A DNA stretch of 64,000 nucleotides from the NCBI GenBank assembly GCA_965242965.1, contig OZ251518.1, positions 1,632,001 to 1,696,000 on the forward strand, in the 5' to 3' direction. This DNA is from Candidatus Poribacteria bacterium (lineage in GTDB: Bacteria; Poribacteria; WGA-4E; WGA-3G). Under the pieces are notes generated by a model. The model had not been told where the DNA came from, ran no database searches, and was given only the letters and a program-made list of their open reading frames with translations. This document shows, one piece after another, positions 1-9,854 of the stretch (positions are counted from its first letter, which is position 1; the number at the start of each line of letters is the position of its first letter). Made by a program: the position numbers and the translations under genes.

Positions 1-1
1 T

Positions 2-598
2 GAACCCGCCACCGACAATTCGGATAGTTTCCGGGTGACAGCGTTTCAAAAACAAGAACTCGCGCTGCAATTAAAGGAAGACTTGGAACGGGGTGAATTT
101 CAAAACCAGACACCGCGGACGATGAGTTTATCTCAACTGCAAACGTTTGTCACCGCATTGCAAAAATCGGTGCAAACCAGCGAGAACCCGGCGTATACCC
201 TCAAGCGACTCCGCGATGCCGAAGTGGAGTATCACAAAAAGTTAGCTATTCCGTTCGCGTGCCTAGCGTTTGGATTAATCGGGGTCCCGCTGGGAATGAT
301 GGTGAAACGGAGTGGCAAGATGATCGGGTTTGGCATCGGATTAGTGCTGTGTGCCGCCTATTATCTGCTGCTCCAGGTGGGACAGAGCGCGGGGTTGAAC
401 GGCGTTCTCTCTCCGGTTTTCGCCATGTGGCTGCCGAATATCGTTATCGGCGTGCTCGGCATCGTCCTGAACATCAGCATCATCGGCGAAGGGAAACTCC
501 GCGCGTGGCGAGAGAAGGATAGCAAAGTGGCTCTGAATCGCGCGTTTCATCCGAGTCATGAAAGCGCGTCGGTGCATACCGGCAATTCACCCGACTAA
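2..598 (+). CDS. lptF: LptF/LptG-family LPS export permease, 5'-truncated by window edge
   Basis: 'TMSLSQL...VEYHKKLAIPFACLAFGLIGVPLG...RSGK' and 'AMWLPN' C-terminal TM motifs; frame open from position 2; precedes an lptG-like gene. Confidence 0.85.
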   Translation, partial: EPATDNSDSFRVTAFQKQELALQLKEDLERGEFQNQTPRTMSLSQLQTFVTALQKSVQTSENPAYTLKRLRDAEVEYHKKLAIPFACLAFGLIGVPLGMMVKRSGKMIGFGIGLVLCAAYYLLLQVGQSAGLNGVLSPVFAMWLPNIVIGVLGIVLNISIIGEGKLRAWREKDSKVALNRAFHPSHESASVHTGNSPD

Positions 599-646
599 GA
601 GTAGGCGCGGTTTGCAACTACGCAAAATTTAAGCACCACGACAAAA

Positions 647-1714
647 ATGAACATTTTAGACCGGTACCTGCTTCGGGAATATCTCAAAGCCTTCATGGTG
701 GCACTCTTGTTCCTCAGCGCGTTGATTGTCCTCGTCCGTTTGTTAGACTATGACATCAAAAAATTTGAGGACGAGATTGACTATGTCACCGCCATCAAAA
801 TTGTGCTTTATCAAGCACCACGCCGAATCATGGAGATGGTGCCTATCACGGGATTCATCGCTGTCTTTTTTGTGCTAGGCAGAATGGTGCGGAGCAACGA
901 GTGGACGGCCATGAAGGCAGGCGGCTTGAGCGTTTATCGACTGCTTGCGCCTATCCTCATCGTAACGCTGCTCATCTGTGTGCTTTTCGCGCTCTTCTAC
1001 GATAGGGTTGCGGCACCGGCATTCCATCACGCGCACCTTTTGCAAAACAAGGTGCCGTCTCGCCGCGGCAGAAATATCCTCTTCAAAGGGATGGATGGCC
1101 GCATCTTCTTCTCTCGGCGCATCGATCTGGCATCGCAGAGCATCCATCAGTTAACCATTTACGAATACGACGAAAACAGACAACTCTCCCGCGTCACCTT
1201 TGCCAAGTCGGCGACATGGACACAGCATCCCGCGCAGTGGGACTTAGCCGATGGCTATGTCCGCGAGTTTGAGGCAGGGAAAGAGGTATCGTATGAGACG
1301 TTCACCGCGCGACAGATAGAACGCTACGAGGAACCGTCGCGATTTATCGGTAGTGACAAAGACCCGAGGGCGATGACTATCGCCGAGCTCCGGGAGCAGA
1401 TTGCCTATAAACAGGCCGCCGGTCAGATTTCGCGCCGGGAGCAGGTGAAGTTATATCACAAAACGGCGTATCCGTTCGCGGCGGTTGTTGTCGTCATGCT
1501 CGGCGCGCCGATTGCCATCCGATTCGGCAGAACCGGCTTCTTCGCGGGTTTGGTAATCGCCTTTTTCCTGTCGTTTCTCTACTGGGCCCTCTCCTTCGCG
1601 ACGCTGGAGGGGCTCAGCATAAATGGGAAACTTCATCCCTTTGTGGCGTGTTGGGGAGCGAATATCCTGTATGCGACTGTCGGGAGCCTCCTAATTTGGC
1701 GGACACCGAAATAG
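647..1714 (+). CDS. lptG: LptF/LptG-family LPS export permease
   Basis: 'MNILDRYLLREY', 'SNEWTAMKAGGLS', periplasmic beta-jellyroll region, 'AYPFAAVVVVMLGAP', 'ACWGAN'. Confidence 0.88.
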   Translation: MNILDRYLLREYLKAFMVALLFLSALIVLVRLLDYDIKKFEDEIDYVTAIKIVLYQAPRRIMEMVPITGFIAVFFVLGRMVRSNEWTAMKAGGLSVYRLLAPILIVTLLICVLFALFYDRVAAPAFHHAHLLQNKVPSRRGRNILFKGMDGRIFFSRRIDLASQSIHQLTIYEYDENRQLSRVTFAKSATWTQHPAQWDLADGYVREFEAGKEVSYETFTARQIERYEEPSRFIGSDKDPRAMTIAELREQIAYKQAAGQISRREQVKLYHKTAYPFAAVVVVMLGAPIAIRFGRTGFFAGLVIAFFLSFLYWALSFATLEGLSINGKLHPFVACWGANILYATVGSLLIWRTPK

Positions 1715-2010
1715 GAGCAGGATTGAGCAAGATTGAGCAGGATTGAGCAAGATTAGCAAGATTGGAGCAGGATTTACACGGTCACGCCAGTCAAGACGAT
1801 CAGGTTTTCCTGATTGTCCCTCTTCCACGATTTACCACGATTATAGAACCTGATGCACCAATGCCCCGTGGCTTGCCACAACCGGGCCGGCGCACCAGAG
1901 CTCTAATCCTGTGAAATCTTGTAAATCGTGCAAATCCTGCTCCTAATCCTGTGCAATCTTGTAAATCGTGCAAATCCTGCTCGGATTTCCAAGATTGAGC
2001 AGGATGAGCG
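1713..2010. repeat. Module E: short tandem repeats (GAGCA(G/A)GATT 10-mers, then inverted AATC(C/T)TG 9-mers with a duplicated unit of about 39 bp)
   Basis: gagcaggatt/gagcaagatt run at 1714-1773; ctaatcctgtg(a/c)aatcttgtaaatcgtgcaaatcctgctc twice at about 1903-1983. Confidence 0.85.
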
Positions 2011-2056
2011 CGTGTTTTGGCAGCACCGCAAAAGGCTATTGGCGAATTTCATGGTG

Positions 2057-2638
2057 ATGACAACGAAAACTCTGGGCAATTTTTTCTTCAAAATCCGCAG
2101 TTTCACGCCGATTCCGTTCATCTTCGCGCTGCTCTATTTCGCGAAACCTACATGGCAGACGACAACCCTCGGTCTCGCGTTCATGATTATCGGCGAATTT
2201 TTGCGGATATGGGCTGTCGGTTATGCCGGTGCTTCCACGCGCGCGCGAACCCTCGGTGCCGCGAGAGATTTGGTTACGACAGGGCCTTACGGTTATGTCC
2301 GAAACCCGCTTTATCTCGGCAATTTTTTGCTCAGTTTCGGCGTATGTCTCGTTGCGAATGTCACTTGGCTCATCCCGATTCTTGTCCTTGGATATGTCTT
2401 ACAGTATCTGCCTATCGTCGCCGTTGAGGAGGGGTATCTGTTAGAGGCGTGCGGGGTTGTCTATCAAGCGTATCAGGAGAGAGTGCCGCGGTTTCTGCCG
2501 CGTTTGCAACCTTATCCGCAACCCTCATGCCACGATTTTTCTTGGGCGCGGGCAATCAGCAGTGAAAAACGGACTTTGACAGCGATTATCTGCGTGTTGG
2601 GATTGCTCTTCGCCAAGGCAGCGCTGCATCCCTATTAA
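2057..2638 (+). CDS. Isoprenylcysteine carboxyl methyltransferase (ICMT/PEMT) family membrane protein
   Basis: 'LVTTGPYGYVRNPLYLG', 'EEGYL...YQERVPRF'; upstream ORF extension is translated repeat, so start is approximate. Confidence 0.85.
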   Translation: MTTKTLGNFFFKIRSFTPIPFIFALLYFAKPTWQTTTLGLAFMIIGEFLRIWAVGYAGASTRARTLGAARDLVTTGPYGYVRNPLYLGNFLLSFGVCLVANVTWLIPILVLGYVLQYLPIVAVEEGYLLEACGVVYQAYQERVPRFLPRLQPYPQPSCHDFSWARAISSEKRTLTAIICVLGLLFAKAALHPY

Positions 2639-2640
2639 CC

Positions 2641-3200
2641 TGAAGGTGTTTCATATATCAATGTCTTCCCCGTAGGAGAGCCCTCCCAGTCTCGATGGCT
2701 CCTCGGTAGGAGAGCCCTCTGGTCTCGATGCGTTCGGGGGGGCATAGGGCGCGTGCCTGTCCCTCGCCGAATATGAGCAGGATTTTCAAGATTTGCAAGA
2801 TTAGCAGGATTAGGGGTTTTTATCGCGCCGAAACATCTCTTTAGGTCTGTAAGACCTTAATGTCTATAGCATCCTGCATCGCAAAGCACCCTAAGGTCTG
2901 TAAGACCTTAATGTGCCGCTGCTCACTTGGCTGCCGCTGGATTAAGGTCCTAACGGACCTTGAAAACTACGGAAACCTCGTTTTTCTATAGACATGCAGG
3001 TCCTAACGGACCTGAAGAGCATTCTTTCCTAAAACACCCCGCCTCCCACCGTAGGGCTTGGGCCCTCGCATGCCATACGCGCATGCGAGCGGGTTTCCCT
3101 CGCCATGCCTCGGTCTTAACAGCAAACGTTCGTGGCATCTTGGGCTGCGGAGGTTTCTCGTTTTGGGAGAGATCGCGGGGGACAGGCCCCCGCGCTACGG
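2641..3200. repeat. Composite palindromic array: TIR half-site plus REP modules B, A, E, D, A2, A
   Basis: tgaaggtgtttcata at 2641; gtaggagagccctc...tctcgat x2; four aggtc(c/t)nnn(g/a)gacct hairpins at about 2840-3015; tcgcgggggacaggcccccgcgctac near 3175-3198. Confidence 0.85.
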
Positions 3201-3231
3201 TAGCGGCAGCGTTTTTTTTCGCGAAATAACC

Positions 3232-3437
3232 TTGACAAAAAATGCGACATTTGCTAAAATAATATTAGTTTTAAACATTTTTGGCGATTTTTCGCGGGAA
3301 TTTGACTGTTTTCACGATTTTTCCCAGAAAAACGTTGACAAAAAATGCGAAAGTTGCTAAAATAGAACCAGTTTTAACGTTTTTGGCGATTTTCCGCAAA
3401 AAAAATGTTTGACATTTATTGCATGTTCGTGTATCAT
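3232..3437 (+). promoter_or_regulatory. Three tandem sigma70-type promoters
   Basis: TTGACA-N17-TAAAAT (3232-3260), TTGACA-N17-TAAAAT (3335-3363), TTGACA-N17-TATCAT (3409-3437); first two have TGn extended -10. Confidence 0.7.
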
Positions 3438-3510
3438 CAATGCAAACGTGGTGATACGAGCGAAAAAACGTGCCACCGCGAGACCGAAACCGAACACAAG
3501 GAACGATACC

Positions 3511-3687
3511 GTGAACCAGCGAATTGATTATGCCATTGCGAAAAAGGTCACCGTAGACCTGCTTGGGCATCGAGAGATGCACGTTTGCCGTGCGTCTATG
3601 CCCGTTGTCGCGCCGTCACGACGCGTTCCCGTTCGGCTTAATGCCCGTAGGGGAGGCTCGACCCCCCCCGACACCCACAGGCGTTAA
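3511..3687 (+). CDS. Putative 58-aa basic small protein
   Basis: GTG start with AAGGA 8 nt upstream, downstream of the triple promoter; no recognisable family. Confidence 0.3.
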   Translation: MNQRIDYAIAKKVTVDLLGHREMHVCRASMPVVAPSRRVPVRLNARRGGSTPPDTHRR

Positions 3688-3991
3688 GCAAAGTTTATTC
3701 GCTTGACAGCGGCGATTTTCGTCGTCATTTTGTCATCGACCCCGCACGCATTCTTTGCGTGGCGGGTTATTTTCGTTGCATCGGGACTGGCCCGATGCAT
3801 TTCCCTGCCACATTTCCGGTTACACCGGTTTCCGTTGTTCTTTCCCCTATTTGTTCCAAGGACACTGCGCGCGGCTTTTTGCCGTACAGGATGCCGTCGC
3901 CGCGCTTTTGGGAGGAATGCAGCAAACCGAATGCACTCGGAGCACTTGTGGCAAGTCAAACGGTTTTCATTTCCCTTAGGGAGGGATTACC

Positions 3992-4927
3992 ATGCGTATC
4001 TCAATGAGACTTGGCGTGATGTTGATGATACTACTGGGGCTAGCCTGGCTGGTTCCGGTACCTCTTTCGGTAGTCTCCGCGCACACCGAGGAGGTTGAAC
4101 TCCAACGCCGCGTTGATGAAATCAGACGCGATATAGATGAGAAAGTGGATAATGAGTTTGCGAGAATCAGCGAAGAACTGAAATGGCGGGATACCTCCCT
4201 GAGTTGGCGAGGTAGATCTATTGATAGATGGTTGGTGGTTCTCGGCATCATCATTACCGTTTTCGCCGTGGTGATTGCTGTTCTCGCTGCCTGCGGGTTC
4301 TATGAGTTTCGGAAACTTAGAAACCAGGCTGAAGAAATTACTGATGCCATCAAGGACGCTAAAAGCAAAGCGGATGAAGCCGCGGAGAAGGCCCAGGCAG
4401 CTGCAGAGAGGGCAAATGCAGCGGCCCGGCAATCCTTGTTTGAGAAAAGGGGATCAGACCTCGATCTCTCACGGCGTTCTCCTATAGAGGCGCAAGAAAG
4501 CATCCCGGTTCACAACGCGAGTTCCGATGTTACCGCTAGTCACGAAGCCCAGACGACAGGTTCGCATGAGGCCGATATTTCTTACGAGGAAGCGGTTGCG
4601 AAGTTGACGCACCAGGACTATCGGGGTGCTATTGGTGATTTTGATCGAGTCATTGCTCTCAATCCAGACTACGCTGGAGGTTACAATGGGCGCGGGTTTG
4701 CGCGGAAGATGCTCGGGCAATACTATACAGCCCGAGAGGATTTTGATGCAGCGGTGAGGCGCAACCCGCACTATGTGAGAGCTTACATTAACCGTGGACT
4801 GGCGAATGCCAGCCTAGGCGAGACTGAGGCAGCGAAAGCGGATTGGGGTAAGGCATTAGATTTGGCTGAACAACAAGGCCTCACCGAGCTCATACACTTT
4901 ATTAAGGGGCTACTGCGTGACATTTAG
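3992..4927 (+). CDS. Membrane-anchored coiled-coil TPR protein
   Basis: GGAGG RBS; signal/TM segments, coiled coil, C-terminal TPRs ('AIGDFDRVIALNPDYAGGYNGRG', 'AYINRGLA'). Confidence 0.85.
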   Translation: MRISMRLGVMLMILLGLAWLVPVPLSVVSAHTEEVELQRRVDEIRRDIDEKVDNEFARISEELKWRDTSLSWRGRSIDRWLVVLGIIITVFAVVIAVLAACGFYEFRKLRNQAEEITDAIKDAKSKADEAAEKAQAAAERANAAARQSLFEKRGSDLDLSRRSPIEAQESIPVHNASSDVTASHEAQTTGSHEADISYEEAVAKLTHQDYRGAIGDFDRVIALNPDYAGGYNGRGFARKMLGQYYTAREDFDAAVRRNPHYVRAYINRGLANASLGETEAAKADWGKALDLAEQQGLTELIHFIKGLLRDI

Positions 4928-5069
4928 CCATTTTTGCTATCGTAAGTCGGCACCGCGGCCTATTTTGGAACCTTTTCCATATTCGCGGGAGGCACTGCCT
5001 CGCCGAAAGGCGGCTGCAACCTCCCGCCGCAACCCCAGATACGTTATCTGGAGACGAACGACGATTAAT

Positions 5070-5250
5070 TGTCTGAATCAGGATTCACAAGATTATAGGA
5101 TTTACAAAATTAGGAGTCTCTTGTCAGAGAAAACCTGCTGTTCCTAGTGAAGCAATCTCTGGGTCGAAATCTCAAGGGGATGCCCTTTGGATAAGTGGGG
5201 TGCTCATAATCCTGCTAATCCTATAATCCCGTAAATCCTGATTCAGACAG
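5070..5250. repeat. Inverted pair of module E runs
   Basis: tgtctgaatcaggatt... at about 5070-5110 is the reverse complement of ...aatcctgattcagaca at about 5208-5249. Confidence 0.75.
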
Positions 5251-5422
5251 AAGAATGTGGGCGGATAGCGACACTATTTGCCCTTACCATGCCGACAAGG
5301 CACATACAAACCGGGCGGGCCCTGTGCCCGCCCACACCACAGGGGGAGATATCCCCTTAACGTTAGGGCGGCCCGGGCTGTTTGAGGCCAGAGCCGCCCA
5401 CTTTCAAAAGGAGCAATCTATC

Positions 5423-7015
5423 ATGAAAAAATTGACGCTTTTAACCTTAACATTGGTGTTGACAGCAGCGATGGCACTGACGACCGCCAACGCGCAACAA
5501 TACGTCCGCACCGACACCCTGACAAGACACGCGAAAAGTTTCAATGCGATAGCCTTCAAGGATAACGATACGCTTATCAGTGGGGGTGCAGACAGCACCC
5601 TCCGCGCCTGGGATGTCACCACCGGCAGACAACGCTGGGAAAAGGATGTCGGTAATATAGTCCGCGCCGTCGCGCTGCCCTCGCATAACCCCCACTTCAT
5701 CGCCTATGGTGGGAAGGATAATCATAACATTCGGATGCGCTATAGCGCCGATGGCGACTGGCGCGGCTCGGTGGAGGGGCATACAAAAAGTGTCTATAGC
5801 CTCGCCTTCAAGCCGAACAGTTATCTACTAGCAAGTGGGAGTGGGGACAATACCATCCGGATCTGGGATGTGGGTGATAACACCAACCTGCGGCATGTGC
5901 GCACACTGCGGGGGCATACGGTTGCAGTCAGGTCGGTTGCGTGGAGTCCGGATGGTAGCACGCTGGCGAGTGCGAGTAGTGATGGCACGGTGCGGTTGTG
6001 GAATCCAAACAACGGCATCAACTTTGCCGTGCTGCGGGGGCATACGGACCGAGTCTGGTGCGTGGCGTGGAGTCCGGATGGCCGCATCCTCGCGAGTGGG
6101 AGTCATGACTACACCGTCCGCCTCTGGGATCCGGATACGCACGACATCCGGCGCGTGCTGCGGGGGCATACGAATTATGTCCGTTCCTTAGCGTTCCATC
6201 CAAACGGGGAGACGCTGGCGAGTGGAAGTTCCGACGAGATCCGCTTGTGGAATCCGAACACGGGTGCCCACAAAGCCACGCTCACGGGACACATAGGCAC
6301 GCTCAGCCTCTTAGCATTTTCACCGAATGGGCAGATTCTCGCAGGCAGGGGGACTAATGCTCTAGACATCAATTTGTATCGGTTGCTTACGGTGGATGTG
6401 ACAGGGAATGGTAAAGTTAACGTGAACGATCTGGTTGAGGTAGCAAGAAACTACGGGAAAACCGTCGGTGGTGGTGCAAACCGGAAGGCGGATGTCAACG
6501 GCGATGGCAAGGTGGACATTGACGATCTCATTGCCGTCGCAGAGGCGGTGGATGCTGCAGCTGCACCTGCATTGGCACATGAAGACATTGAGACCGGGAG
6601 TCTACAAGCAGCAGATGTGCAGCGGTGGATTCGCGATGCAAAGGCAGCAAACGCAGACCCGGCGGGGATTGCTGCATTGGAGAGGCTCTTAGCGGCATTA
6701 ACGCGCGTTGAAACACAGCCGAAAGAGACAGTCCTGCTTGCGAATTATCCAAATCCGTTTAACCCAGAAACGTGGATACCGTATGAATTGGCAGAGGCCG
6801 CGGAGGTCACTGTCACTATCCATGCCTCGGACGGAAAACTGGTCCGCACACTGGAGTTCGGGCAGTTACCTGCCGGCATTTACCAAACGAAGAGTCGTGC
6901 GGCGTATTGGGATGGCCGCAATGCACAGGGTGAACCTGTCGCAAGTGGGGTCTATTTCTATACGCTCACGGCGGGAGATTTTTCTGCCACGCGCAAAATG
7001 CTCATCAGAAAATGA
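5423..7015 (+). CDS. Secreted WD40-repeat protein with dockerin-like EF-hand pair and C-terminal FlgD-Ig/T9SS-like sorting domain
   Basis: AAGGAG RBS, signal peptide, repeated 'GHT..V.SVAWSPDG..LASGS.D.T.RLW', 'DVNGDGKVDIDDL', 'LANYPNPFNPETWIPY...SGVYFYTL...TRKMLIRK'. Confidence 0.92.
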   Translation: MKKLTLLTLTLVLTAAMALTTANAQQYVRTDTLTRHAKSFNAIAFKDNDTLISGGADSTLRAWDVTTGRQRWEKDVGNIVRAVALPSHNPHFIAYGGKDNHNIRMRYSADGDWRGSVEGHTKSVYSLAFKPNSYLLASGSGDNTIRIWDVGDNTNLRHVRTLRGHTVAVRSVAWSPDGSTLASASSDGTVRLWNPNNGINFAVLRGHTDRVWCVAWSPDGRILASGSHDYTVRLWDPDTHDIRRVLRGHTNYVRSLAFHPNGETLASGSSDEIRLWNPNTGAHKATLTGHIGTLSLLAFSPNGQILAGRGTNALDINLYRLLTVDVTGNGKVNVNDLVEVARNYGKTVGGGANRKADVNGDGKVDIDDLIAVAEAVDAAAAPALAHEDIETGSLQAADVQRWIRDAKAANADPAGIAALERLLAALTRVETQPKETVLLANYPNPFNPETWIPYELAEAAEVTVTIHASDGKLVRTLEFGQLPAGIYQTKSRAAYWDGRNAQGEPVASGVYFYTLTAGDFSATRKMLIRK

Positions 7016-7115
7016 GTCGTTGGGGAGTGGGCGGATTTTTGAATTCGCCCATTTCCTACTAATCCCGCAAATTCTTTAACTTCGTAGATCTTGACTCAAC
7101 AAAGGAGGTTTACCA

Positions 7116-8281
7116 ATGGACATACTAAGCATTGGATCGCTATTGGTAATCGTTATTGGAATTCTCAATTTCGTCTATCGCTTTTTTATCCGCCGTGGAC
7201 CTGGTAAGCGTATTGTGATTGGGATCTTAAATTTCCTCCATCACTTTATTCGCCGTGAACATTCTAACGATAAGGCTGGCAGCGGAGAAGAGTCAAGGAT
7301 AAAAGTATTGGGAATCACCATCGACCCCAGAATAAGCGTTGGATCTCTATTAGCCATTGTCTTTGCAATCTTCACTTTCTGCCATACCGAATTTGTAGGT
7401 AAGGTAAAGAAGGACGAACCGCCGCCAACGAGCTCGGAAGCCAGCCTCCTGCCTCAGGACCCCCGTAAGGAAGAGAAGGGCAAACCGCTGCCAACGGCCC
7501 CTCGTGTTGATATAATTCCGACCGAGAAAAAGATGCCAACTCAACTGTTGACTGGCAAGTCCGGCAGCGGTATCCCTGAGACCGGGGAAGGGACTATTGT
7601 TCTGCAGCCAGCTCCGCAGACTTTCCCCTATCTGTTGGACAGCCCTGGGGTCATTGAAAACGCGGGAGGAGAAGGCACTTTCACCGACAAATATAATTTT
7701 GCTGAAGGTGAGTGTGGCACATCCGGCTTTATCAGCAAAGGGCCAACTGATGTCGTTATATTCACGCTGGAGAACAAATTCACAAACCTCAATGGAGGAA
7801 CCATCGAGGTTTGTGTAACCCCGCATCGCGATCCTAAAGAGGCTCTCCACAACTTCTCCTTACTCAGAATCCCGTCGCACGAGAAAAAAGCAGGGGTTAC
7901 GCTAAAAGTTGTTGGGATTGTAAATAAAGCCCCGGCAATTCGCATGCGAATTGTGATAAACCCTGAAATAGCCAAATCTGTGAGGAGCAGAGGCGTTCTC
8001 GATTGGGAAGTGAAAAAACATTACCATATAGCCGGAACCTGGGGACCCGAGGGGATGTATCTATACATGGCAAAAATGTGGGAGTCAACACCGACTTTAA
8101 AGAGAGCCCTAAAAGTCTTCAAGGGAAACTTGCGATTAATAATGACGGACTCAATGACGGACCTGACGATTCATTTAATAATCCAACTGAATGTGTCATT
8201 AGCAATCTTCAGATTTCCAACTATCAGAAGAGCGCAGAGGAGATCGAGGAGAGTTATCTTAAACTCCATCCAGATCCGTAA
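7116..8281 (+). pseudogene. Membrane-anchored LamG/concanavalin-like domain protein, frameshifted near 8065
   Basis: AGGAGG RBS; LamG-like 'GGTIEVCV...HIAGTWGPEGMYLY' continues in another frame as 'IHGKNVG...LAINN...ISNLQISNYQKSAEEIEESY' to TAA at 8281. Confidence 0.65.
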
Positions 8282-8314
8282 TTTCCGAGGCGCATCCGTT
8301 GCCGAAAGTCTGTT

Positions 8315-8845
8315 GAGACCGGGAAGTCTCTCCTACGGGATGCGCGCTGGCCTGTCCCTCGCCATGCCTAAGGTCTTTTAAGTCCTTAATGTCTATAGCC
8401 CTCTTGGCTGCCGCTGGATTAAGATTAAGGTCCTAACGGACCTTGAAAACGGTGGCAGATCTATTTTTCTATAGACATGCAGGTCCTAACGGACCTGAAG
8501 AGGCATCCATTGCAAAAAACGCTAGCGGCGCGGGAGATAATCTTGTAAATCTTGTAAATCCTGCAAATCCTGATTCAGACAATTAGCATCGCGGGGGACA
8601 GGCCCCCGCGCTACGGTACCTAAAACACCCCTTCTCCCACCGTAGGGCGAGGGACAGGCCCTCGCCATGCATCGATCGTGACAGTAAACGTCCATGCCTC
8701 TTGGGCTGCGGACGTTTTTCGTTTCGGCGGAGAGATCGCGGGGGACAGGCCCCCGCGCTACGATAAAAAACGGTTATTGAATCATCGCAGAGGAAACCCG
8801 CTCGGATGCGCGTGTGGCATCCGAGGGCCCCGCGCTACGGTTAAA
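8315..8845. repeat. Composite palindromic array (B, A, D, E, A, A, A, A2)
   Basis: D hairpins with tgtctatag/ctatagaca at about 8370-8500; aatcttgta run at 8538-8582; several gcgggggacaggcccccgcgctac. Confidence 0.85.
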
Positions 8846-8882
8846 AACGGTCCCCTTTACCGTAGCGCGACGGCCCTCGCAA

Positions 8883-9830
8883 TTACAACGTCTCCAATCC
8901 CGCGCGGGCACGGAATTGATTAAACGTCTTCAGAATTCCCTGCTCCATCGTGTAAGCAGGCGTGAAACCCATTTCTTCGGCGATGGCGGTTGCATCGTAA
9001 TCCCACGAAATACCGAATACACCCGGCTCCAGCGTAATCTGTGCATCTGGCACCAACGTTTTCAGATACTCGACTCCATCCTTAACGGGCCGGATGCCGC
9101 CCTTCACATTGAAAACGCGCGTCTTCGTGGCCGGACAGGTGCAGGCGAGGACGATGGAGCGCGAGACATCTTCCACGTATTGCCAATCCACGGTATCGTC
9201 ACCGAAGGGACAGGCGTGCGGTTGCCCTAATGCCACCGCCTCAATCAGCTGCGTCGTGAACGAACTCATCCCGCGCGTGCGCCCAACGCCGTAGACAGCC
9301 GTAAACCGAAGTCCGATCGAGTCCACGCCGTATGCATCAAAATAGTGCATTGCGTATCTTTCGTTGAGGGATTTGCACGCGCCGTAGATAAACTTCGGGT
9401 AGTGCGGCGCGTCGTTGAGAATCTGCTGGTGGTTGTAATCCTCCGGCGCGCCGAACACGGCGACGCTACTCGCCCAAACGACGCGCTTGAGGTTGAAAAT
9501 GCGGGCGGCTTCTAGCATATTGATAGTGCCTTCGCACACGATTTTCAACGCCTGCGGCGGGTTCGCATTGCACGCCGGCACCTGCCACGAAGCGAGATGG
9601 ATAACCCGCTCGATCTGGTGTTCTTGGATGGTGCGCAAAACATGCGGCAAATCGGTGATGTCGCCTTGCACGAAGGTGAACGCTTCAAGTTGTTCATCCT
9701 TCAGCACCATCTTCGGAATCGTTAAATCGTAAGCGAAGTCGTAAACCACTACCTTTTCACCGGCGGCGAGCAGGTCGCGAATAACGTAACTACCGATGCA
9801 TCCCATGCCACCGGTGAGCAAATACGCCAT
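8883..9830 (-). CDS. NAD-dependent epimerase/dehydratase (extended SDR)
   Basis: 'YLLTGGMGCIGS', 'VIHLA', 'WASSVAVFG', 'YGACK', 'LRFTAVYG'; real start MAYLL, upstream extension is REP translation. Confidence 0.92.
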   Translation of the reverse strand: MAYLLTGGMGCIGSYVIRDLLAAGEKVVVYDFAYDLTIPKMVLKDEQLEAFTFVQGDITDLPHVLRTIQEHQIERVIHLASWQVPACNANPPQALKIVCEGTINMLEAARIFNLKRVVWASSVAVFGAPEDYNHQQILNDAPHYPKFIYGACKSLNERYAMHYFDAYGVDSIGLRFTAVYGVGRTRGMSSFTTQLIEAVALGQPHACPFGDDTVDWQYVEDVSRSIVLACTCPATKTRVFNVKGGIRPVKDGVEYLKTLVPDAQITLEPGVFGISWDYDATAIAEEMGFTPAYTMEQGILKTFNQFRARAGLETL

Positions 9831-9854
9831 GGTGTTTCTCCTATGAATTGAGGG

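Noticed and set aside
1928-2056. N-terminal extension of the ICMT-family ORF
   Set aside because: It derives from module E repeats; family similarity starts later.
8282-8381. C-terminus of the 421-aa ORF 7116-8381 as real protein
   Set aside because: It is out-of-frame read-through into REP sequence after the frameshift near 8065.
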